Both the position numbers and the translations under genes were made by a program. 28,229 bases of DNA from a virus. Lineage: Duplodnaviria > Caudoviricetes. Below are positions 1-10,400 of this stretch, one piece after another (the stretch's first letter is position 1; each line of letters begins with the position of its first letter). The stretch spans positions 1-28,229 of the IMG/VR virus record IMGVR_UViG_3300030329_003526; one strand, written 5' to 3'. The notes under the pieces were generated by a model. It was not told where the DNA came from, did no database searches, and worked only from the letters and a program-made list of their open reading frames with translations.

Positions 1-1
1 G

Positions 2-208
2 ATAGCATTTGGGTATTACATATGGCGTCAGACTCAGTTCATACAAAAAGACTTGACGGATTCAATGACAACGAATTCTCAGAGGCTGGAAGGAATAATA
101 ATTAAATTAATTGACCAGCAAAAAATAACACAGATGGAACTAAAACATATACGTGGTTATATTGAAGGGATAGAAGATATAATGACGAGATTAATAAAGG
201 AGAAATAA
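2..208 (+). CDS. Partial (5'-truncated) small membrane-anchored/coiled-coil phage protein
   Basis: Manually translated open frame IAFGYYIWRQTQFIQKDL...RLEGIIIKLIDQQK...RLIKEK*. It has a hydrophobic start then a helical region, and stops 1 nt before the next ATG. Confidence 0.6.
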   Translation: MAFGYYIWRQTQFIQKDLTDSMTTNSQRLEGIIIKLIDQQKITQMELKHIRGYIEGIEDIMTRLIKEK

Positions 209-209
209 A

Positions 210-308
210 ATGCCATACGGAAAGGGAACATACGGAAAGAAAAGGGGCAGGCCGCCAAAGAAAACCAAAAAAATGAAAAAAAAATCATCTAAATCTAAAA
301 AAAAGTAA
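210..308 (+). CDS. 32-aa Lys-rich peptide with AT-hook (RGRP) motif; probable DNA-binding/condensing peptide
   Basis: MPYGKGTYGKKRGRPPKKTKKMKKKSSKSKKK*; preceded by RBS AAGGAG; exactly fills the gap between neighbours. Confidence 0.7.
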   Translation: MPYGKGTYGKKRGRPPKKTKKMKKKSSKSKKK

Positions 309-320
309 AGGAGAAGTAAA

Positions 321-896
321 ATGGCTAAATGGGGCTTAGGCAATATATTAAAAGCGATGAAAGACAGCCTTGCAAATCAAGAAGGATTTCAAGGAGAAGG
401 TGGAGGTAAAGGTTATGGACGTGATTCAGGTCCCTTAGCTAAAGCTCCTAATGATGAATATGGGGATGCTTTATCAGGTATTTATAATAGAGATACTGCA
501 CATGAAATGTCAACTGATTCACCTAGCTTTGAAAGTTTCGCTAAAAGTTTTGATGAAGAAGATAATCTTCAGGTAGAAAAACTACAACGTCAATTAAATG
601 ACTTAGGTTATACTGATTATGAAGGAGCTTCCTTAGCCGAAGATGGTATTTTAGGGGAGAGAACAATTTCAGCTCTAAGAATGTTTCAATCAGGTGCTAG
701 TCCTGAAGGTATACCTTTTGAAGAAGGTGAAGAGACTTTTAGACCTTCACCTCTTATGCCTGAAGGTAGTGCGCCTTCTTCTTGGAAGGATTGGTTGTTT
801 AAACGTCCAGCTAGTGGTAAAAGCATGGTAGCTCGTGATAAATTATTTGATAGAAGTTGGGATGGTGGAGAAGTAAAATATACTAGAAAGAAATAA
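321..896 (+). CDS. Protein with peptidoglycan-binding (PG_binding_1-like) domain
   Basis: VEKLQRQLNDLGY...EDGILGERTISALRMFQ matches the V..LQ..L...GY...DG.fG..T..A...FQ pattern; RBS AAGGAG; no catalytic domain recognised. Confidence 0.7.
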   Translation: MAKWGLGNILKAMKDSLANQEGFQGEGGGKGYGRDSGPLAKAPNDEYGDALSGIYNRDTAHEMSTDSPSFESFAKSFDEEDNLQVEKLQRQLNDLGYTDYEGASLAEDGILGERTISALRMFQSGASPEGIPFEEGEETFRPSPLMPEGSAPSSWKDWLFKRPASGKSMVARDKLFDRSWDGGEVKYTRKK

Positions 897-3403
897 TGCC
901 TAAACGTACTTACAAAATATTACGCTTTGACGGTGGAATAAATAATAACGCTCATCCTAGAGATATAGCTGATAATGAATTAGTTGAAGCTATTGATATA
1001 GATGTTAGTTCAATGGGTATTGTTAGACCTTCAGGCCATTTTGGTCTTGTATTGCATTCATCGTTTACTATAGGTGGCGGTGAAGATATAACAACTGATG
1101 GAACAGGTTTTTTTGCTTTCTCTTCTGATTATAATGGATTTAGAAGTGGAACAGTGGCATATAATGCAAGCCAAAGAGTGTATTATCTCGTTGAAAATGG
1201 AAATCAAATCTCAATAATGCATGCCGACACCTTCCCGTGGCCAACTACAAATCATGCAATTGACCTTAATTCAGTATTAATGTATGCAATAGATGGAAAT
1301 GTTAGATTTGCAGAAAGAGACCATTCCTCTGCTAAAAAACATAAAATAAGAGGATTTCATGCTGCTCGTAGTGGTAATTTTCCAGGCTCAAGCTATAGCC
1401 CTTCAGAATTGAATGACAATAGATGGTATACTGAAGATGCTGAAATTAAAGGATGCTTTCCTTTAACTCAAGAAGTTAATGGTTCAGCTACCTTTAAAGA
1501 TGTTGCCTATAACGCTCTTATGCTAAATACAGAATATGCCGCTGCATGGACAGGTTCTAATCAATGGTACGGTTTTATAAATACTTTATCAAATGTAGAT
1601 ACTAAGGATGCAAATTGTGATGGCACAACCACTTCTGGGACGAGTGATATGGAATGGGGAGTAGCTCTCAGGTTTAAAGAAACTGCTAATGGTGGAGGTT
1701 CATGGATGCCTTCAACTGACGTTAGGTATAAATTTTATGTAACTACCATGTATGATGACCATACGCAGGAGAGCCTTCCACAGCTATTTAGAATGTTTGA
1801 TACAGACCAAATACATGGAGGTCAAAACTTTCACAATAAAACAGCAACTAAAGAAATAGCTTTTAGAGATGGAGATTCAGCTACACTTGGTGAAAATGTT
1901 GCAGTTAATTTTTCATTTGTAGTAAATGCTGGTCTTACCTCAGGGTATTCATATGTTTTTGGAGGCCCCTTAGATGGTAGCACAGATGGAAATTTTAGAA
2001 TTAGCGGTGTAAGAGTGTATTGGGCTTCCAATGAGGACGGATATTCTTCTTTATGGCAAATATTTGATTGTAAATTTGATGAAGGTACAAAAGTTATCGG
2101 TAAAGATGGCGCGGGTACTCCAGGGAGTGGTTATACTCCTTTTATAGATGATGATGAGGCTGCTGGAGCTAAAGTCAATATTCCAGTTTCATCTACTTGG
2201 AAACTCCCACCAAGAATAATACAATATGCTGTTGTAAATGGACATTATCCGACAGATACAATAGCTGTAGATTCTTATAAAACTGCTGTTTTAGCTAATA
2301 GAAGGCTATATATAGGGAATGTCAAACAAAACGGAGTAGTACATGGAGATAGAATGTTGAAAAGTCCTGTTAATCAATTTGATAAATTTCCAGAAATAAA
2401 CAGTATTGATGTAGCTATTAATGATGGGGATGAAATAATTCATTTAGCTGAATATGCTGATAGATTATTACAATTTAAGAAAAATGCACTTTATATTATT
2501 AATATAGCAGATAATGTAGAATTTTTAGAAGCAGAACATAAATTTAAAGGAGTTAATAGTCCTGGTTCTGTTTGCAAAACTGATTATGGTGTTGCTTGGG
2601 TTAATGGTTTTGGATGTTATTTATATGATGGTCAAGTAGTAAGCGATTTATTAGAAAAGAATGGACAAAAAATAATCAATCATACAGAATGGAGGGAATT
2701 TTTAGGGGCATCAGGTAGTGATTCTACTAATAAAAAAGAGAAAATAATTTATAATCCTTCTCGTAAATCATTAATAGTAGTAAATGGAAATGATTCTTAT
2801 ATTTATGACCTACCAACTAAAAGTTGGGTAAAATCTATAAATAATATTACCACACAGGACGGTAACCTGCTTAATGACCCATCTGATGGCACGCCTATAT
2901 TATGCAATACATTAGGAGCTATTTATGAATATCAAAATATAGCTACATCGCTTCGTCAAAATTGGACTCTAGTTACTAAATTTTTTGATTTAGGAGAGCC
3001 TAGTCAAAGAAAAAAAATACATTTTATTTATATTACACACAATGAAACTGCTGCTGATTCACTTGGTTTATGGATAACTATAATTGCATCTAAAGCGACA
3101 GGAGGTCAAGATGCAGGAGAGATAAGCGCTCCTGCTTTTTGTGGATTCTTACATCATGATGAATCTGATAGTGATGGTGTAACAGGACTTTGCACACAAA
3201 AATTTACATTACCTTCTGTTGATTTAATAGGAAATCCTATTAAATTTAACAATGTGCAAAGCTTGCAATTACGAATATCATCTCAATCCCCTGACCCTCC
3301 TGGTGGTACAATTTTTACTGGAGCAGGCTCTGCAGTAAATGGAGGTAGTGAAGCAGAAATTCATGATATTACAGTTATATTTAGACCAAAGGCAATAAAA
3401 TAA
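896..3403 (+). CDS. Tail stabilization / tail tubular (nozzle)-like structural protein
   Basis: 835 aa; N-terminus MPKRTYKILRFDGGINN and beta-propeller-like C-terminal half (RLYIGNV, DGDEII, LLQFKKNALYII) typical of podovirus-type tail stabilization proteins; lies before ejection proteins. Confidence 0.6.
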   Translation: MPKRTYKILRFDGGINNNAHPRDIADNELVEAIDIDVSSMGIVRPSGHFGLVLHSSFTIGGGEDITTDGTGFFAFSSDYNGFRSGTVAYNASQRVYYLVENGNQISIMHADTFPWPTTNHAIDLNSVLMYAIDGNVRFAERDHSSAKKHKIRGFHAARSGNFPGSSYSPSELNDNRWYTEDAEIKGCFPLTQEVNGSATFKDVAYNALMLNTEYAAAWTGSNQWYGFINTLSNVDTKDANCDGTTTSGTSDMEWGVALRFKETANGGGSWMPSTDVRYKFYVTTMYDDHTQESLPQLFRMFDTDQIHGGQNFHNKTATKEIAFRDGDSATLGENVAVNFSFVVNAGLTSGYSYVFGGPLDGSTDGNFRISGVRVYWASNEDGYSSLWQIFDCKFDEGTKVIGKDGAGTPGSGYTPFIDDDEAAGAKVNIPVSSTWKLPPRIIQYAVVNGHYPTDTIAVDSYKTAVLANRRLYIGNVKQNGVVHGDRMLKSPVNQFDKFPEINSIDVAINDGDEIIHLAEYADRLLQFKKNALYIINIADNVEFLEAEHKFKGVNSPGSVCKTDYGVAWVNGFGCYLYDGQVVSDLLEKNGQKIINHTEWREFLGASGSDSTNKKEKIIYNPSRKSLIVVNGNDSYIYDLPTKSWVKSINNITTQDGNLLNDPSDGTPILCNTLGAIYEYQNIATSLRQNWTLVTKFFDLGEPSQRKKIHFIYITHNETAADSLGLWITIIASKATGGQDAGEISAPAFCGFLHHDESDSDGVTGLCTQKFTLPSVDLIGNPIKFNNVQSLQLRISSQSPDPPGGTIFTGAGSAVNGGSEAEIHDITVIFRPKAIK

Positions 3404-3882
3404 TGAGAAAAGGCATAGAAAGAGTATTAAGTCATTCTAAAGGTTCTCAGATAAGAGTTATATCTGAACCTCCTCTACCTTTATCAGGAAAAGATGGTGA
3501 TATTAGGATGATGCCTTCCTATCAGGATGGCGCAGTACTTTATATTAAAGTGGCTGGTAAATGGTTTTCTTTTAAGCCTGAGAAAGATGTTTCTGAACCT
3601 GCTAGTATTGAAGAATCAGGCTATATAACTCTTGGAGGTGGACTAATTGTACAATGGGGTTCTTTAACCCATGGCTCTACTTCTGTAACGTTAACATTTC
3701 CAGTGCCTTTTCCAAATGCAGCATTTATGTGTGTAGTATCTGCAGCAGATGCGGGTATATCCCCTACTGCTGAGCAATGTGGTACCGATGATTTAACAAA
3801 ATCTCAAGTTACCGTAATAGGATATCGAGCTGACTCAGGAGCATCGGTTGGAACTGTTCATTGGATAGCAATTGGAAATTAA
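3403..3882 (+). CDS. Tail-associated protein with gp53-like C-terminal domain
   Basis: SGYITLGGGLIVQWG...TLTFPVPFPNA...WIAIGN is the characteristic phage tail-fibre gp53-like C-terminal pattern; start overlaps the upstream stop. Confidence 0.75.
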   Translation: MRKGIERVLSHSKGSQIRVISEPPLPLSGKDGDIRMMPSYQDGAVLYIKVAGKWFSFKPEKDVSEPASIEESGYITLGGGLIVQWGSLTHGSTSVTLTFPVPFPNAAFMCVVSAADAGISPTAEQCGTDDLTKSQVTVIGYRADSGASVGTVHWIAIGN

Positions 3883-3894
3883 AGGGAGAATAGT

Positions 3895-4905
3895 ATGGTA
3901 AAATCAGCTGGTCCTGGTGGGTATGGGCAACTTGAAATAGCTTCTAAGAAGGTTTCTTCTAGGTTAGGAAAGCAGATGGAATCTCTTGCTAAAGCTAAAT
4001 CTGGTGGAGCAACTATAGGTGGATTATTAGGTTCTGTTATAGGCTTTGCGATAGCAGGCCCTGCTGGAGCAGCTATTGGTGGAGGTTTAGGCGCTTTAGG
4101 TGGAAGTAAAATTGGAGAAAGTAGCGCTGGTGGTGCAGATTCTTTAAATAAGGAAAAGTTGTATAAAGGCTCTCAGGTTGAAATGATGGAAGATTTAGCA
4201 AAATCTGAATTTACTGATACTATTGTAGGGGCTGTATCAGGCTATACAAATGCAGGTAGTATAGGTAAAGGGTTTGATGCTTTTAAAGGAGGGTGGAAAG
4301 CAGCAGGTGGAAGTGGAATGTCTGGTTTGTTTGGTGGACTTAAAGGTTTAGGCAAAGAGTTCCTCCCTGATTTAAAAGATTTAAAGGATTTTAAAGGAAT
4401 GGGGTATAAAGGTTTAGATAAAAGTCTGGGAGGCATATTACCTGGTGGTGAGAAATTAAATCTTGAAGGCATTAAAAAGGCTGCATGGGGAGCTGCAGAT
4501 GCTGGATTAGGTGGATATTTACCTGGCGGACTTAAACCTTTACATACTGGTGAATATGGAGATGATTTAATAAATAAGACTATAGGTAAATTACCTGGTT
4601 TGTTAGGACATAATGATACAGCGGTTAACAATCCAATTGGAACCGAAGAAACTATTGGAAGCCCTGAAGGACCTGAAATGGACTTCACTGACAATAGTCC
4701 TTATGTTTTTGGTTCTGAAAATAATGACGTTTATAATTTTGGAAGTCCTCAAGGTGATGAAATGGATTTTACTACAAATAATCAAAAAGGTTCAAAACAA
4801 GATGCATTTGACAGAGCTCAAGATTATATGCGAAAAGGATGGGCAGGTGACACTACCATAGATAAGGAAATTTGGAAAATGTTAGGGGGCACAGTTAATT
4901 GGTAA
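3895..4905 (+). CDS. Gly-rich probable DNA ejection/pilot protein with glycine-zipper membrane helices
   Basis: GGLLGSVIGFAIAGPAGAAIGGGLGALGG GxxxG zipper near the N-terminus; position between tail genes and the giant virion protein. Confidence 0.55.
   Translation: MVKSAGPGGYGQLEIASKKVSSRLGKQMESLAKAKSGGATIGGLLGSVIGFAIAGPAGAAIGGGLGALGGSKIGESSAGGADSLNKEKLYKGSQVEMMEDLAKSEFTDTIVGAVSGYTNAGSIGKGFDAFKGGWKAAGGSGMSGLFGGLKGLGKEFLPDLKDLKDFKGMGYKGLDKSLGGILPGGEKLNLEGIKKAAWGAADAGLGGYLPGGLKPLHTGEYGDDLINKTIGKLPGLLGHNDTAVNNPIGTEETIGSPEGPEMDFTDNSPYVFGSENNDVYNFGSPQGDEMDFTTNNQKGSKQDAFDRAQDYMRKGWAGDTTIDKEIWKMLGGTVNW
4657..4779 (+). repeat. Imperfect intragenic direct repeat (2 x 39 bp)
   Basis: ggaagccctgaaggacctgaaatggacttcactgacaat (4657-4695) and ggaagtcctcaaggtgatgaaatggattttactacaaat (4741-4779), encoding GSPEGPEMDFTDN and GSPQGDEMDFTTN. 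Confidence 0.8.
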
Positions 4906-4921
4906 ATAAAGGAATTATAAA

Positions 4922-6031
4922 ATGGGATTAAATTTATTATCACTAGCAAGGGCATCAGCAGCAGGTCTGCATAACTCAGGCAGAGGTGGAGGTAAATCTT
5001 ATTCTCCAGGTTCTAAGCATGGAAATAAGATTGCTGGAACCAATATCAAACAAGGCGCTGGTCTTATCAATTTAGCAAAAAAAGGTCGTGGTGGTGATAC
5101 TAAGATACGTAAAGTTGCTGGTCAACCTTCACATGTTAATACTGTCGAAGCAGAGGCTATAGATAAGTTAGGACCATTAGGTGAAGCATGGGTGCAACGT
5201 ATTGGTAGTGGTACTATCAATCCTGAAACTGGATTAAAAGAATTTAAGCCATTCTTTAAGCGTAAATGGGCTAGAAAGGTTAAAAAATGGGGTAAAAAAG
5301 CCTTTAAATCTTCATCAAGATGGAGACCTTCTCAAGGTAAATGGGGTATATTTGGACAAACTAAAAAATCAAAGCAAAGAGATAGATTAAAGGCTCAAGC
5401 AAAATCTAGAGAAAAAGCTTTCGATACATATCGTAGAAGTTATGAAAATGAAAATATTGCGGGAATTATGACTGATAACCCTGAGGATAATACTGAAAAA
5501 GTTAAAGATTATTCAGGTAATCAAGGTTTTATAGATTTTGTTACTAATGAATCAGGATTAAATAATCCTAGTGGATTTGTTACTCAAAATGATATTGAAG
5601 ATTTCACTGATTATTATGACCCTCGTAAAGAAGAAGAATTAAAGGACCAATATAATAGGGATATTGAAGCTCTTGAAAATGAAGAAAATTTATTAAATAA
5701 AACATTTCAAACAACAGCACAAAATACTGGTGCAGAAAATTCATCTAATTTATTCGGATTATTAACTCAATCTCAAGAGTTGGATTCTAATCAAAATTTT
5801 GCAGGTGGAGGTGATTTTGCTACAGAATTTGCTAATAAACAGCTTGTAGAAGCTGCTGAAAGAGAAAATAATGCTGGACAGACGCAGGTAGAGGTAGATA
5901 GGGATAAGATTGATGCAGGATTTGAAGAATTAGATGCTAATTTAGTATCTGGTACACAAGATTTACATGATGCGTATAATCAAGAGTTCTGGAATAATAT
6001 GACTAAATGGGAAAGTAAGATTAACGCTTAA
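4922..6031 (+). CDS. Probable internal virion/ejection protein
   Basis: 369 aa with motif GRGGDT...HVN..EA...GSGTINPETGLKEF that I recognise from phage internal virion proteins; basic N-half, acidic coiled-coil C-half. Confidence 0.5.
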   Translation: MGLNLLSLARASAAGLHNSGRGGGKSYSPGSKHGNKIAGTNIKQGAGLINLAKKGRGGDTKIRKVAGQPSHVNTVEAEAIDKLGPLGEAWVQRIGSGTINPETGLKEFKPFFKRKWARKVKKWGKKAFKSSSRWRPSQGKWGIFGQTKKSKQRDRLKAQAKSREKAFDTYRRSYENENIAGIMTDNPEDNTEKVKDYSGNQGFIDFVTNESGLNNPSGFVTQNDIEDFTDYYDPRKEEELKDQYNRDIEALENEENLLNKTFQTTAQNTGAENSSNLFGLLTQSQELDSNQNFAGGGDFATEFANKQLVEAAERENNAGQTQVEVDRDKIDAGFEELDANLVSGTQDLHDAYNQEFWNNMTKWESKINA

Positions 6032-6046
6032 TATTAAGGAGAAACA

Positions 6047-7450
6047 ATGGGAAGAAAATATGGCGATATATATGTAGACACTTCTACAATGGGTACTATA
6101 GATAGAGTTCAAAATATATTATCTCAAGCACAACGAATGAGACATGCTGAATCTAATCAGCAATTTATGGAAGATACTAGGAATCAATTATTAGCTGCAG
6201 AAAATGCTTTAAATAAATGGAAATCGTATACAACAGATGATACTAGTATTTTCAATAAAGATATATCTAATCAGCAATTTAATTACCATACTGATTTAGA
6301 AACTGCCTGGGAGGGTTATAGAAAAGAAATGTTAGCAAATGGCATAACATATCCTGATAAAGAGGCTTTTACTAGAAAGTTTCATGATAATTTTACACAG
6401 AGAATAATGACTGTTGCAAGAAAGTTTAGAGCTCAAAGGGAACAAATTAGAGCTAAAACTGGAATAGAGGATAATGTGCTACTTAATAAATATATGCAAA
6501 AAAATCATAATGCAGATAATCTATACCTTCAGACTTCAAGTATTTTAGGAAATGATGAAGCTCAACAAATATTAGGATATTCTCCTCCTGTTAAAAGTAA
6601 AACTTGGAAAAAGTGGGCTCAAGATTTGCTTATGAAGCCTAGCTATACTGACCCAGAAACTGGCGAAACTATAGGTGGGGGTATGAGGGGAGTATTAGGC
6701 TTTACTATACCTGGTATGGCGTTAGGCGCATGGCAACAATATGGAGAATTTAGTAGGAATAAAGCAGATATTCTCAAAGAGGCAAAGGCTAATCAAAATA
6801 GACATAAGCAAACATTCCAAAAATATAAAAAAGGAAAAAATAAAGGCAAATTTAAATTAGATAAAAAAGGTAATAAAATTCCATTAGGTACTAAACCTGG
6901 TAGTGGTATATCAGCAGCTGAGTTTATGAAAAAATATAATTTAAGTAAATCAGAAGCATTCGGAGCTGATGGCAAGCCTACTAAAGAATTTAATAAGATA
7001 TTAAACCAAAAAACATTACCAGAAACTAAAACAGGAAAAGTCCTTCGAGCTGGAAGAAGAAACCTTAAATCTTTAGCAGGTTACGGTATAGGCTCAACTC
7101 TTGGAGGAGAATTAGGTGAATTAACTGGAAGCGAAGAAGCAGAATTTGTTGGTAGTGTAGGTGGGGGAATAGGTGGTGCTATTGGTATGAGAAAATTATG
7201 GAAAAAACTTCAAGACCCTAACACTATTAAGAGATTAAAAGCTGTAGCAGCAAAATCAGGTAAAAAAGGTGCAATTAATAAAATATTAGCAAAATTAGGA
7301 GTATCTGCGCTAGGTTATGTAGGTCCTCAGGCGATAGAGCCTTTTTCAACTGCAGTAGGAGCCGCAGGGACAGCATGGGCTATGTATGATATATATAAAA
7401 TAGCAAAAGAAGTTCCAGCACTTATGGATATTTTATCTGAAGGAGATTAA
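6047..7450 (+). CDS. Probable internal virion/ejection protein with C-terminal membrane-type helices
   Basis: 467 aa, RBS AAGGAG; C-terminal GSVGGGIGGAIG zipper and hydrophobic AVGAAGTAWAMYDIY; stop overlaps the start of the giant gene. Confidence 0.5.
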   Translation: MGRKYGDIYVDTSTMGTIDRVQNILSQAQRMRHAESNQQFMEDTRNQLLAAENALNKWKSYTTDDTSIFNKDISNQQFNYHTDLETAWEGYRKEMLANGITYPDKEAFTRKFHDNFTQRIMTVARKFRAQREQIRAKTGIEDNVLLNKYMQKNHNADNLYLQTSSILGNDEAQQILGYSPPVKSKTWKKWAQDLLMKPSYTDPETGETIGGGMRGVLGFTIPGMALGAWQQYGEFSRNKADILKEAKANQNRHKQTFQKYKKGKNKGKFKLDKKGNKIPLGTKPGSGISAAEFMKKYNLSKSEAFGADGKPTKEFNKILNQKTLPETKTGKVLRAGRRNLKSLAGYGIGSTLGGELGELTGSEEAEFVGSVGGGIGGAIGMRKLWKKLQDPNTIKRLKAVAAKSGKKGAINKILAKLGVSALGYVGPQAIEPFSTAVGAAGTAWAMYDIYKIAKEVPALMDILSEGD

Positions 7451-10400
7451 TGTCATTACCAACAAACTGGCAACCCAGTTATGATGAAGAGCGTACAAGA
7501 TACCTTGTTGATAGATATAAAGGACAATCACATCTTTTAGGTAAAGAGGGTGAGGCTGAGCTACAGCAACATGCTGAAGCTTATGGTATTCCTTTTTATA
7601 CAGGTGATTTTTCAATATTAGAAGCTATTAAGCAGGCTGGAGCAGGCTTTGTAGAAGGTTTTACTACTCTTAATATAGCTGACCACCCAGATAATGAATA
7701 TGAACAAATATTTCGCAACCTAGGACATTTGGCAGGTTTTGCACCTGGTATTATAGCAGGACCTGCTAAATTACTTCCAGCTAAGTGGATAGGGGCTCGT
7801 ACACTTGCAGCCTCTACAGCTAGATTAAAATCACTTCCGATGCTCGGTGCTGATGTTATAGAAAAATATAGCAAACAAGCTATTCGTTCTGCAGGTAAAG
7901 GTTTTGTAGGTAGAAGCGATGCTATGAAAACTACAAAAAACTTTTTACTTGGAGATAAAGCTAAACATATTATGCAAGGAGCTTTTCATTTAGGTACAGC
8001 ATCTGCTTTATCTTCATGGCAGGGTGGTGTAGACCAAATGTTAGAAGCTGCAAAAGGTGGTGCCGTAGCTGGGGGTGTTTTTAGAGCAATAGGAAACCTA
8101 AGCCCAGGTACCAGTGCACATGAAAGAATGGGAAAAGCTATGGCAGGCTCACTATTTATGGGCTTACCAGCTACAATGAGAGGAGCTACTACCCCTGAGC
8201 AAGTTTATGAATATGTAATGGGTGCTTATTTTGGAGGAAATGAAGTATCTTGGACTAGAGCTAAAGCTGGTAAATTTGTTAAAGGAATGCAGAAATGGGC
8301 TACTGATAAAAATACTAGGCAAGATGCTATTAAATCAGGAATGGACCCTGAGTTTCATCCTAAATTTGATGCATTACCTGAACAGGTCAAACCTCTTGTA
8401 AAAGAAGAAGCTGCAAAAGCATTTAATCCTCCTGAAGTAAATATAGCTAATAATATGGCTTATGAATTAGCTACTAAACTAGGACTAACTGGCCATTTAA
8501 AAGAAGCTGAATTAATAGCTGAAGGCGCTAAACCTACTGGTGAATACAGAGATGGTGAAGCAGTATATAGGTTTAATGAATCTCTTATAGCTGAAAAATT
8601 TAAAACATTTCAAACATCTGGTGGAACAAGAGGTGATAATGTATTTGCTAAAGAAGCAGATAAAGTTGGCATACCTACTGTGCATTATGGGTTTGGACAG
8701 AAAGGAAGACGAAGTAAAGCAACTGGTTTTCATAGAATATTAGATGCAGCTGAACTGCAGGAAGCAGAAGTACAACTTAAAAAAGCTGAAACTGTACTAA
8801 AAAGAGCTTCTAAAAAGGAAAGTGAAGATGTTAGAAACTTACGTCGTTCTAATTGGTATAAAGTAAAATGGGCAGATTCAGTATATGTTATTGGTAATTT
8901 TCAAAAAGGAAGACATCAATTAGCTGGAATGCCTGGTATTGCTGCTCAAATGGCTATTAATAATGGTAAAAAGGTATTTGCTTTTAGTCAAAAAGATGGT
9001 AGATGGTTTGAATGGAGAGGTGCAGCTCGTGGGGGAAAAGGCACTTTTATAGAAGCAGGTAAACCTCCTAGACCTACTATGAGATTTGCAGGAATTGCTG
9101 ATGATAAAATATCCCATAAAGGAAAACAGGCGATTAAGACGCTTTTTTCTGAAAACTATGTTCAAGTACCATCAGTAACAGAAAGTGTCTCTAAAGGGCG
9201 AAAATCGAAGAAATTAGAGCAAAAGGTGTCAGCCTTAAGGGATGAGTTAGATGTTACCCAAGAATTATATAATGAAAAAAAGGATGATATTTTACTTAAA
9301 AAGGCAGCAGGTCAAGATACTACTGTTGAAGAAGTTGAACTGGCTCAAATAGCTCAAGAAAGTAAAAGTCTAGCTGAAAGACATAATAGGTTAGTTAATT
9401 TTGGACTTGCTACTAGAACCATTACTCCTGAAGTTAAAAATAAAGAAGGAATATCAAACGAGATATCCGATATATCTGATGTTGATTTTGAAGGTCCTGT
9501 TAATTTAGAGGTTGGAAAGGTTCCTCTGCAATTTACTTCAAAGCATTTAGATAAAGTATGGTCTGGGGATATTGATGTATTACAACAACAGAATGTTAAA
9601 CGGGAACTATCTCAGCTGGTTGAACAAACCTTGCTAAAAACTGAAGATGGTACACCCATAACTCAAGGAGGTAATCCACTCTATTTAAGGCCTGGCTCTA
9701 AAGAGAATTTATCTGAGAGATGGGCAGATGCTGTAGAAAGAGAAATAAAAGACACGTATGATAGCGAATTTACATTAACTAAAGAAGCTAGACGTGACAT
9801 GCGTAAATGGATGACTAGAAAGAATCTTGGAAGAATAGTTACTCATTTACAATCTGATGGTAAAACAATCAGAATGATGGAAAATCCTAATGCACCTATT
9901 ACTTTAGCTGGAAATAGAAAACATCAGGAAGAACCTTTAAAGCGTATTGAAGAAGCATATATGGAAGCAGGAGGTCAATCTCCTGCAATAGAGCCTATTT
10001 ATATGGTTCTTGACCACGTTACTATTGAAGGTAAAAGAGGTAGAAGGGATTTAGATATATCCGATTATAGAAATAAGAATCCTGAAGAATTTAAATCAAT
10101 GATGACTACTGCTATGGTAGACATGGGTAAAAGAGGATATTATCCTTTAGGTGGTAAAGGTGATTCTGACAGGATTATATGGGCAAAACATCATCCTCAA
10201 ACAAATACATTGACTGAAAGTCAGATAAAATCTACTTTATCAAAATTTAAATTAGGTAAAGGTAGAGATGTAGATGAGAATTACAATTTATCTGAAAAAG
10301 AGTTTAATAAAATGGTATTATCTAATGTTTATTATGACTTACAGATGAATGGTATGCAGATTAATGATGCTAATATTAAGACATTATTAACACATCCTGG

